Assembly: GCA_963817465.1 (NCBI GenBank)
Contig: CAWFOP010000021.1
Coordinates: 91,429-155,428 of the forward strand
Source: an uncultured Acidobacteriota bacterium
Lineage (GTDB): Bacteria > Acidobacteriota > Terriglobia > Bryobacterales > UBA6623
Length of the DNA: 64,000 nt
Direction of reading: 5' to 3'
The translations under genes were made by a program, and so were the position numbers. Below are positions 46,760 to 55,663 of the stretch, in pieces (within the stretch, counting starts at the first letter, position 1; the number at the start of each line of letters is the position of its first letter). The notes under the pieces are model-generated. The model did no database searches. It was not told the DNA's origin and worked only from the letters and a program-made list of their open reading frames with translations.

Positions 46760-47894
46760 GACGCCGTCCCGGCAACGGAAGCCCCAATAGCTGCACAGCG
46801 GCTTCCATCGGCCGGGCTAAGATGTTGGAACATAGTTGCAGTAGAGAAACGGCACGAGCGCCAACGCTAGCTTCAACCTGCGATTGCTCGTATGCGGTTT
46901 GGACGAGCCTGACGCCAGCGAAGCTGACGGCGCGCAAGAGCCAAGCCTCTTCTTCGGCAGCGGAAATTCTCATTCGACGGCGGTAGACGCTCCAGAAGGC
47001 TCGTAAAGCAGGCTGCATCCGATGCAGTGGAAACAGGGCAAGACTCAGGAATTGGTCGGGCGGGTGATCGTTGGAGATCGGGATCGATGACAGCCAAAGC
47101 GTCAAGTATTCACTGAAGACCGTGCCGACGTCCCAGCAGGGGTCGCCCAATCGCGCCAACTCCCAGTCGACGATCTTCAACTCAGCCTCCGGGCGAGGCG
47201 CCTCGGCGCATATCAGGCAGTTGTCCCACTTGAGGTCGCCATGGATGAACGTCTCATTCGTCCACTGACCTCTGCAAGCTTCGAATGACTTGCAGAGCTG
47301 ATCCGATTCCTGAATGATCTTAATCAGATCCAGACTCGCCAGGCTGGAATGTAGATAGACCCATTGATCAGGAACGGGAAGAAAAAACACCCATGGCGGC
47401 TTTTCGGGCGCGCGAAGGCTCTTGGTTACGTGGGTTCTTTCCAGCGGCGACGTGTTGTGACACTCGGCAAGCGCCGCAGCCAGCAACCGGGCGATTGTGG
47501 ACGGGAAACGGCCTCGACGCAAGCAATGATCCCGAAGAGTCGTCGATTCCAAGAAAGCTTCGATGATCAGGACTTGCTCGGCGCTATCGAACGCGTAGTA
47601 GCGAGGAAGCGCATGAAAGCCGGCTCGACCGGAATAGACAGTCGCCAGCAATTCATAGACGGCAGCCTCGTACGCAACCGTGGCGAACTTCCGGCGCCGT
47701 GGCGGACTCCCCCTGGTTTCCTGCTTGAGGAAATAATGCGGCCCTTTGCCGTTGATCACTTTAAGGTTGCCGTTGCGCCGAGACGCATTCACAACAGAGA
47801 CGCCGTCGCCAACGACCGCCGCACTCGACACCCACCCCTCGTTCAGCAGGTAGCGTACGACATCTCCGTATCCGGTCAGCACTGACCTAGGCAC
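46746..47894 (-). CDS. Stand-alone phosphotransferase (APH / protein-kinase-like fold)
   Basis: Brenner motif FIHGDLKWDNCLI and IVDWELARLGDPCWDVG. Its stop overlaps the next gene's ATG by 14 nt. Confidence 0.75.
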   Translation of the reverse strand: MPRSVLTGYGDVVRYLLNEGWVSSAAVVGDGVSVVNASRRNGNLKVINGKGPHYFLKQETRGSPPRRRKFATVAYEAAVYELLATVYSGRAGFHALPRYYAFDSAEQVLIIEAFLESTTLRDHCLRRGRFPSTIARLLAAALAECHNTSPLERTHVTKSLRAPEKPPWVFFLPVPDQWVYLHSSLASLDLIKIIQESDQLCKSFEACRGQWTNETFIHGDLKWDNCLICAEAPRPEAELKIVDWELARLGDPCWDVGTVFSEYLTLWLSSIPISNDHPPDQFLSLALFPLHRMQPALRAFWSVYRRRMRISAAEEEAWLLRAVSFAGVRLVQTAYEQSQVEASVGARAVSLLQLCSNILARPMEAAVQLLGLPLPGRRHEHV

Positions 47895-47947
47895 CCATCG
47901 AGGAAGTTAGGGCTTAGTTTGCGCGAGCGTGCAGAGCACCGCTGAAA

Positions 47948-48448
47948 TCAACACCCGCAGCCAGTGGGAGGGTTCGGCCCGCAGAGCGGAGGCGATGAAG
48001 TTGTCGGTATGGGACAATTCGGGTCTCCGGGGAGGTCTGTCGGACAGCCGCCCCAAGACGTGCCTCCGCCAGTCCCTACCAAGGCCGAGATCAGACCGCT
48101 GACGCCAGTCGCTCTTCGCCCATGCGCGGCTTGGATGCTTCCCTTCAGGAAGTCGCCCGACACGACACCTGTGGAGATCAACTGCACCCTCAAGTCTCCA
48201 GGTATCCATACGGCAATTTGCCCGGCGGGAAAACGCTTGACACCGAGGATCCGGTCGACCGGCACCTGAAAGTACTGATTCAGATGGAGCGACGTGTACA
48301 CGCGCAGCGTTTTAGCGTCCGGCCCCCTTCCAATGAGTGTGCCAACCAGTACGTTCACATCCGGATTGTTCGGATCAGGAATTAACCGGTTGATCAGATC
48401 GTCCTCGGTCAACTCCTTCCATCCTTCAGTTGGTCCTTTTTCCGCCAC
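47948..48448 (-). CDS. Putative RiPP (lanthipeptide-type) precursor: ~129-aa Cys-free leader + 37-aa Cys/Ser/Thr/Pro-rich core
   Basis: GTG start at 48448 is 5 nt after GGAGG. The C-terminus TSWGGCPTDLPGDPNCPIPTTSSPPLCGPNPPTGCGC has 5 Cys, 8 Ser/Thr and 10 Pro. There is no Cys anywhere upstream of it. It is the first gene of the island operon. Confidence 0.7.
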   Translation of the reverse strand: MAEKGPTEGWKELTEDDLINRLIPDPNNPDVNVLVGTLIGRGPDAKTLRVYTSLHLNQYFQVPVDRILGVKRFPAGQIAVWIPGDLRVQLISTGVVSGDFLKGSIQAAHGRRATGVSGLISALVGTGGGTSWGGCPTDLPGDPNCPIPTTSSPPLCGPNPPTGCGC

Positions 48449-48747
48449 TTCGACCTCCGATCCGACTGTGAATTTAAGAGACTAAGGTACTCTAATCCGC
48501 GTCCGGCGGGTTGTCAACAGATTTTATGGCGCCCTCTAAAAAGGTCGGTGAGACGCAAGGAAGCTGGAGGAATTTGGCAGGGAATTTGGTTTTCTCAGTT
48601 GGGACTCACCGAGGGGCAAGGGTCGCCCGCCTGGCGGCGGCGGCGGGAGGGGACGTCCACTGCGCGGGTTCCCGCGTTGTATCGGGTTCGGGCGGCATGG
48701 GACAGGGCCCGTGGCGGGCGCTTTCTTGAGTGCTGCAGATTTGGGAC

Positions 48748-48778
48748 GAACAGATCGGCGACGGAACAGATCGGCGAC
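48748..48778. repeat. Tandem 15-bp direct repeat (GAACAGATCGGCGAC x2)
   Basis: Copies at 48748-48762 and 48764-48778 are identical and 1 nt apart. They lie ~300 bp upstream of the precursor gene and just downstream of the transglutaminase-like gene. Confidence 0.6.
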
Positions 48779-48785
48779 AGGCGCG

Positions 48786-49663
48786 CTAGGCGGCGGTGAT
48801 GCGTTCGACTCTTACTTTGGCTTCGACGTCGTGCTCGCCGCCGCCCAGGATGACGCCTGTTACCGGGCTGACGTCGCTGTAGTCGCGGCCCCAGGCGACC
48901 GAGAAGTGGCCGTCGCTGGGCATGACGTTGTTGGTGGGGTCGAAGTCGACCCAGCCGAACTGCGAGCACCAGGCCGAGACCCAGGCGTGTGAAGCTTGGT
49001 CGCCGACGACCCTGGGGCCGGGCTTGAGGTAGCCGCTGACGTAGCGCGCGGGCAGGCCGATCGAGCGCATGCAGCCGATCATCAATTGGGCGAAGTCTTG
49101 GCAGACGCCGCGCTTGTTCTTGACGACCTCTTCGAGCGGCGTGGCCACGGTGGTCGCCTCGGGGTCGTACTCGAATTCGCTGATGGATGCGCTCGCCTGA
49201 GCTCGCGGGCGGCCTCGAGCAGCGGGCGGCCGGGCGTGAAGCTTTTTCGGCGTAGGCGGCCAACTGGGGCCGCAGGCGGACGTTCGGGCGACTCGAAGCA
49301 GAATTCAAAGGCGTCGAGCGCGTCGAGCGTTTCATGGGCGCGGACGACGGCTTTGACGTCTTCCCACGGCGGACTCATGGCCGCGGCCGGGGGCTCGCCG
49401 CCGGTCAGCTCGATAAGGGAGACGCCGCTGACGCTCATCTTCGAATGCGGCTCGCCGATCGTGAAGTAGTTGACGTAGTTGCCGAAGTAGTCTTGGCGCA
49501 GCGCGGTGTCGTAGGGCGCGGGTTCGACGATCAGGCGGTGGCGCACGACCTTCTGGCGATCGCCGGCGCGCGGGCGCAGGCGCACCTCGTTGTAGCAGAG
49601 GGAAACGCGCTCGGTGTAGCCGTAGATCGTCGTGTGGGTGACGCGAAACAACATGGCGATCAA
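48786..49663 (-). pseudogene. Transglutaminase-family protein gene (Bact_transglu_N + Cys-His-Asp core) broken by about 4 frameshifts within ~110 bp
   Basis: The N-terminal part MIAMLFRVTHTTIYGYTERV...DALDAFEFCFES is in one frame and the core ATPLEEVVKNKRGVCQDFAQL...SHAWVSAW...DFDPTN is in another. The joining segments SPNVRLRPQLAAYAEK / SFTPGRPLLEAAREL / SERIHQ / EFEYDPEATTV alternate between frames. Candidate indels are at GGG 49286-49288, TTTTT 49244-49248, ~49196-49201 and ~49179-49181. Confidence 0.75.
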
Positions 49664-52122
49664 TTCCGCGACAGTTGGCGCGACGCGACGGCGTGAATGA
49701 GGTAGCGCCGCGTGAGAGCCTCGGAAACAGCGGGCAATTCCTCGGCGAGCTTCGCGAGCAGCTCTTCGAGGTGAACGCGGGAGCCGTCGGGCCCGAGCGA
49801 AGCCAGGCGCTCGAGGTCGGCCAGTCGCACCGCCGTCAAGGCGCCGAGAACGATGCGAGCGGCGGGCGAGCGGCGCACGGTGGGCGGCCCTTGCGGCAGC
49901 TCGTCGATGTGCTCGCTCATGCGCGCGAGCTGAAACGCCACCGAGCGCGGGTTGGCCTCGTCGATGAGCAGCAAGTCGATGGTCAAGTCGTCTTGCAGCG
50001 ACGTGAGGTAGCGCGAGCGGTAGGTGATGGAGCTGTCGGCGATCTCGAGCAGCATCTCGAGGCGCGCGCGGCTGTTTTCGGCGGGCGTGGCCAAGCCGCG
50101 GCGCAGCAGTTGGACCAGTTGGATGGCGCGCTCGAGGCGGCGGCCGACTTCGAGCAGGCGCCAGCCGTGGCCCCGCGTCATGCTCTCCATCACCAGGCCC
50201 GAGAAGGCTGAAAGCGAGATGATCGCGCGGTCGAGCAGATCGAGCGCCGAGCTGACGCGCGTGGGCTCGACCGGGTGCGATTCGGTGAAGTCCTGATGCA
50301 GCCGGTTGAGGATGCGCCAGGCGTCGGCGGAGATGCGGTCGCGCAGCAGCCAGGCGAGCCGGCGCAAGTTCTGAACTCCCCAGCCGAAGCCGCCGCGGCG
50401 CTTGGCGTCGTAGATCATCGCCGTCAGCTCGCGTTCGAGCAGACGCGCGGGGTTGCGCCGGGCGTCTACGCCCTCGGCGATGGTCAGGTAACCCATGTCG
50501 CGCAGCAGCGAGACGGCGGCGTGAAGCGCCGAGGCGGCGCCGCGGACCGACTCCTCGGCGAGCAGCGGCAGCACGCTGCGCACGATGCGTACCGAGGCGT
50601 CGACGCGTTCGGCGTAACGGCCGAGCCAGAAGAGATTCTCGGCGACGCGGCTGGGCAGGTCGAACGTCGCGCGGCTGACGTCGATGGGCTGCGCGCGGGG
50701 TCGCAGCAGCGTGAGGTCGGGCGATTCGGTGTCGCCCAGCACCCAGGTGTCTTTGCTGCCGCCGCCCTCTTGCATCGAGACGTCGAGCGTGTCGATGGAG
50801 GGGGTAAAGCGCGACAGACCGCCGGGCATCACGGCGTAGTTGTCGCCATCGGAGACGGCGTAGACGCGGACGACCAGGTAGCGCGGCTGCATCTTGCCGT
50901 CGACCCAGGTGGGCGTGGTCGACAGGGACACGCGCTCTTGCGCGATATAGCGGTGCGGCGAGGCGCGCATCTTCGCGAGCAGCGATTCGCGCTCGTTGGC
51001 GCTGAGCTTCGAAGCAAAGATCGGCTCGCGGCGGCGGCGGACGGTCGCGCCCTTGACGACTAATTCGTCGAGGTGGTCGATGACATAGGAGCGCGGCTTA
51101 TCTTGCCCGCACCACCAGGTCGCGACCGACGGGACGCGCAGCTCTTCGCCAAGCAGCGTACGGCAAAGCGCCGGCAGGAAAGCCGCCATGGCCGGCGCCT
51201 CGACCAGGCCCGAGCCGAGCGAGTTGGCGACGGTGACGCCCCCGGCGCGGACGGCTTGAACGAGCCCGGGCACTCCGAGCATGGAGTCGCCGCGCAGCTC
51301 GAGCGGGTCGCAAAAACTGTCGTCCTGGCGGCGCAGGACGAGGTCGATCGGCAGCAGGCCGCCGAGGGTCTTGAGGTAGACGCGGTTGTCGCGGCAGGTC
51401 AGATCGCCGCCCTCGACGAGCGTATAGCCGAGGTAGCGGGCCAGGTAGGCGTGCTCGAAGTAGGTCTCGTTATAGGGCCCGGGCGTGAGGACCGCGATGC
51501 GCGGATTCTCTTGCACGCTGTGGGCCTGCGCGATGAGCGCGTCGCGCAGCTTTTGGAAGTAGTGCGCCAGCCGGCGCACGTTCGCCTTCTCGAAAAGGTC
51601 GGGGAAAGAGCGCCGCATGACGATGCGGTTTTCCAGAGCGTAGCCCGAGCCGGACGGCGCTTGCGTGCGATCGGCGACGACCCACCACTGGCCGTCGGGC
51701 GCGCGCACCAGGTCGGCGGCGTAGATCGTGAGGAATGAGCCGTTGTTGGGCTCGATGCCGTGACAGGGGCGCAGATAGCCGGGATGGCTGAAGATCAGGT
51801 CGGGCGGCAGGCGGTTCTCGGCGAGCAGGCGGCGGGGACCGTAAAGGTCCTTGAGGATCAGGTTGAACAGGCGCGCGCGCTGCTGGATGGCCGCCTCGAG
51901 GCGCGCCCACTCGTCGCCCGCCATGATCTGCGGCATCATGTCGAGCGGCCACGGACGTTCTAGGTTGTCCTGGCTTTCGCTGTAGACGTTGTAGGTGATG
52001 CCGTTGTCGTGGATCAGGCGCAGGGCCTGTTCCCAGCGATTGCGGATTTCGGCGGGTCCGAGACCGTCGAGGCCGCTGAGCAGCTTTTGCCAGTGCGGAC
52101 GGCGGGCGCCGTCGGCCATCAT
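49660..52122 (-). CDS. Fused circularly permuted type-2 ATP-grasp protein + alpha-E domain protein
   Basis: 820 aa. The N-terminal half matches the COG2308-type pattern (WPLDMMPQI, GYLRPCHG, YAADLVRAPDGQWWV) and the C-terminal half is an alpha-E-like helical domain (NLFWLGRYAERVDA). It directly precedes the transglutaminase-like gene, which is the classical operon order. Confidence 0.75.
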   Translation of the reverse strand: MMADGARRPHWQKLLSGLDGLGPAEIRNRWEQALRLIHDNGITYNVYSESQDNLERPWPLDMMPQIMAGDEWARLEAAIQQRARLFNLILKDLYGPRRLLAENRLPPDLIFSHPGYLRPCHGIEPNNGSFLTIYAADLVRAPDGQWWVVADRTQAPSGSGYALENRIVMRRSFPDLFEKANVRRLAHYFQKLRDALIAQAHSVQENPRIAVLTPGPYNETYFEHAYLARYLGYTLVEGGDLTCRDNRVYLKTLGGLLPIDLVLRRQDDSFCDPLELRGDSMLGVPGLVQAVRAGGVTVANSLGSGLVEAPAMAAFLPALCRTLLGEELRVPSVATWWCGQDKPRSYVIDHLDELVVKGATVRRRREPIFASKLSANERESLLAKMRASPHRYIAQERVSLSTTPTWVDGKMQPRYLVVRVYAVSDGDNYAVMPGGLSRFTPSIDTLDVSMQEGGGSKDTWVLGDTESPDLTLLRPRAQPIDVSRATFDLPSRVAENLFWLGRYAERVDASVRIVRSVLPLLAEESVRGAASALHAAVSLLRDMGYLTIAEGVDARRNPARLLERELTAMIYDAKRRGGFGWGVQNLRRLAWLLRDRISADAWRILNRLHQDFTESHPVEPTRVSSALDLLDRAIISLSAFSGLVMESMTRGHGWRLLEVGRRLERAIQLVQLLRRGLATPAENSRARLEMLLEIADSSITYRSRYLTSLQDDLTIDLLLIDEANPRSVAFQLARMSEHIDELPQGPPTVRRSPAARIVLGALTAVRLADLERLASLGPDGSRVHLEELLAKLAEELPAVSEALTRRYLIHAVASRQLSRN

Positions 52123-52270
52123 CTCGTCAAAATGCCCGGAAATCGGGTTATATCCGCGGTCGCTCCGCCAGGGCGCCGCGGCCGGAGTCTCGACTGACGT
52201 TTCGGTCGCGATGATCCGATTCTTACACAGGATTCAGCGACCGCGGGACGAGGCTAGGGTCCGCTAAGCG

Positions 52271-53242
<972 letters not shown>

Positions 53243-53245
53243 AAA

Positions 53246-54559
53246 CTACTCGGCTAGGCGCACGCCGCTGAACTGCCAGCGCGCCTCGGGCGGAAAGAAA
53301 TTGCGATACGTCGAGCGCATATGGTCTTGAGACGTTACGCACGAGCCGCCGCGCAGCACGAACTGATTGCACATGAACTTGCCGTTGTACTCGCCGACGG
53401 CGCCCGGCGCGGCGCGGAAGCCCGGGTAGGGCGAGTAGGGGCTCGCCGTCCACTCCCAGACGTCGCCGAACATTTGAACCAAGCCGGGTCCGGGCGGCGC
53501 GGGGGCGGGGTGATGGCGGCCGGCGTCGCGGAAGTTGCCGACGATCTCGATTCCGTCGGCCGCGATCTCCCACTCGGCCTCGGTCGGCAGACGCTTGCCG
53601 GCCCAGTTGGCGTAGGCGTCGGCCTCGAAGTAGCTGAGGTGGGTGACCGGCTCGTTCTCATCGAGCGGCACGACGCCGCCCAGGGTGAACGCGCTCCAGC
53701 GGCCGTTACCGCAGTTGCGCCAGTAGAGCGGGGCTTCCCAGCGGTTTTCGAGGACGGCCGCCCAGCCCAGCGACAGCCAATGCTCGGGCTTGCGATAGCC
53801 GCCGTCTTCGATGAACTCGAGGTACTCGCCGTTGGTGAGCAAGCGCGAGGCTAAGCGGAAGGGCTCGAGATAGACCTTGTGGCGCGGCGATTCATTGTCG
53901 TAGGCGAAGGCTTCTCCGTGGTAGCCGATCTCGCGGACGCCGCCTGGGAACTCGACCCACTCGCACGGCGCCGGCTCAATCGTGAACTCGGCGATCTCGG
54001 GGAACGCTTGATAGACGGGGTCGAGCGGGTTAGTCGCCAAAATGTGCTTGAAGTCGGTGAACAGCAGCTCTTGGTGTTGCTGTTCGTGGTTGAAGCCCAG
54101 CTCGAGCAACCCGCCGATTTTCAGCCAGTCGTCGTCGGAGGCATTGGCGAGCAGCGCGGCCATGCCGCGGTCAACATGGCCGCGGTAGGCGTAGGTGTCG
54201 CTTACCGTCGGGCGGCTCAGCAGGCCGCGCTCGGGGCGGGGATGGCGCTCGCCGACCGCCTCGTAATACGAATTGAACAGGTAGTTATAGCGCGGATGGA
54301 ACTTGCGGTATTCCTGGTCGAAGGCCTCGAGCAGGAACGTCTCGAAGAACCAGGACGTGTGCGCCAGATGCCATTTGGGCGGGCTGACGTCGGGCATCGT
54401 CTGCACGACGTAGTCCTCCACGGCGAGCGGACGGCAGATCTGTTCGGACACCGCCCGGATGCGCTTGTAGCGCTCGAGCGCGGCGTCACGATCGGTTGCG
54501 GCCGCTGCGGGAGCGGAGTCGGGGGACTGCAGGGAGGCCATACGCGAGGAGGTCCTCAT
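53246..54559 (-). CDS. egtB: Ergothioneine biosynthesis sulfoxide synthase EgtB (DinB_2 + FGE-sulfatase domains)
   Basis: PPKWHLAHTSWFFE, GFNHEQQHQELL and the C-terminal GDVWEWTASPY...RGGS motifs. Start is ATG 54559 or 54541. The track's 754-aa ORF adds about 317 residues, most of them antisense to hemB. Confidence 0.85.
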   Translation of the reverse strand: MRTSSRMASLQSPDSAPAAAATDRDAALERYKRIRAVSEQICRPLAVEDYVVQTMPDVSPPKWHLAHTSWFFETFLLEAFDQEYRKFHPRYNYLFNSYYEAVGERHPRPERGLLSRPTVSDTYAYRGHVDRGMAALLANASDDDWLKIGGLLELGFNHEQQHQELLFTDFKHILATNPLDPVYQAFPEIAEFTIEPAPCEWVEFPGGVREIGYHGEAFAYDNESPRHKVYLEPFRLASRLLTNGEYLEFIEDGGYRKPEHWLSLGWAAVLENRWEAPLYWRNCGNGRWSAFTLGGVVPLDENEPVTHLSYFEADAYANWAGKRLPTEAEWEIAADGIEIVGNFRDAGRHHPAPAPPGPGLVQMFGDVWEWTASPYSPYPGFRAAPGAVGEYNGKFMCNQFVLRGGSCVTSQDHMRSTYRNFFPPEARWQFSGVRLAE

Positions 54560-54658
54560 GTTAGCGTGCGAACTTCGCTCCATCTTGTAAACACCGCCGG
54601 CTGAAACAGAGTTACAACAGAGGCGTGCGGACTCGTACGCCGCGTTAAGATTGGGACG

Positions 54659-55627
54659 ATGTTCCAACGTCCTCGCCGCAACCGGATCAACGCCGCGATG
54701 CGCGGCCTCGTGCGCGAGACGCGGCTCGACGCCTCGAACCTGGTTTTGCCTGTCTTTGTCGAGGAAGGCAAGCAGGTGCGGCGGCCGATTCCGTCGATGC
54801 CGGGCGTGGTGCGCTACTCGATCGACGAATTGGTCAAGGACGCGGCCGAAGCGTTCGCGCTGGGCGTGCCGGGCGTGGCGCTGTTCCCGGCGCTCGCCGA
54901 CAATCTCAAGGATTCCAAGGGCTCGGAGAGCGTGAACCCCGACGGCTTGCTGCAACGCGCCGTCCGCGCGCTCAAGAAAGACGTGCCGGGTCTGCTGGTG
55001 ATCACCGATGTGGCGCTCGACCCCTATTCGAGCGACGGGCACGACGGCGTGTTGCGCGACGGCAAGATCTTGAACGACGAGACTCTGCCGCTGCTCGCGA
55101 AGATGGCCGTGGCGCAAGCGGCCGCCGGAGCGGACGTCGTGGCGCCGTCGGACATGATGGACGGCCGCGTCGGCGCGATTCGCGAGGCGCTCGACGACGC
55201 CGGGTATACGAACGTTGCGATCTGCAGCTACTGCGCCAAGTACGCTTCGTCGTTCTACGGGCCGTTCCGCGACGCGCTCGATTCCGCGCCGAAGAGCGGC
55301 GACAAGAAGACCTACCAAATGGACCCGGCGAACGCACGCGAGGCGTTGCGCGAGATCGAGCTCGACGAGGCCGAGGGCGCGGATTGGATTCTGATCAAGC
55401 CGGGGCTGCCTTACCTCGACATCGTGCGGCTGGCGCGCGAGTCGACCGCGCTGCCCGTCGCGGCGTACCACGTCTCGGGCGAGTACGCCATGCTCAAAGC
55501 CGCCGCGCAAAACGGCTGGCTCGACTACGACAAGTGCCTGATCGAGGCGCTGACCTGCTTGCGGCGGGCCGGGGCCGACATCATCTTCACCTACGGCGCG
55601 GTCGAAGCGGCGAAGCTGCTGGGCTAG
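54659..55627 (+). CDS. hemB: Porphobilinogen synthase (delta-aminolevulinate dehydratase)
   Basis: RPRRNR...LVLPVFV, VAPSDMMDGRV, YASSFYGPFRDA and KPGLPYLDI motifs. Confidence 0.9.
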   Translation: MFQRPRRNRINAAMRGLVRETRLDASNLVLPVFVEEGKQVRRPIPSMPGVVRYSIDELVKDAAEAFALGVPGVALFPALADNLKDSKGSESVNPDGLLQRAVRALKKDVPGLLVITDVALDPYSSDGHDGVLRDGKILNDETLPLLAKMAVAQAAAGADVVAPSDMMDGRVGAIREALDDAGYTNVAICSYCAKYASSFYGPFRDALDSAPKSGDKKTYQMDPANAREALREIELDEAEGADWILIKPGLPYLDIVRLARESTALPVAAYHVSGEYAMLKAAAQNGWLDYDKCLIEALTCLRRAGADIIFTYGAVEAAKLLG

Positions 55628-55663
55628 CCGCGCCGCCGTTCTTCCTCGTACAATGCCGCAAGC

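Noticed and set aside
48449-48785. Search for a second small precursor ORF or a regulator gene in the spacer upstream of the RiPP operon (track ORFs 48511-48729 and 48548-48799).
   Set aside because: The listed ORFs are on the opposite strand, Gly/Arg-rich, without an SD and without a Cys-rich tail. Nothing here is convincing.
54560-55510. N-terminal ~317 residues of the 754-aa track ORF (EgtB).
   Set aside because: Most of this stretch is antisense to hemB and is Arg/His-rich junk. EgtB homology starts only after MRTSSRMASLQ.
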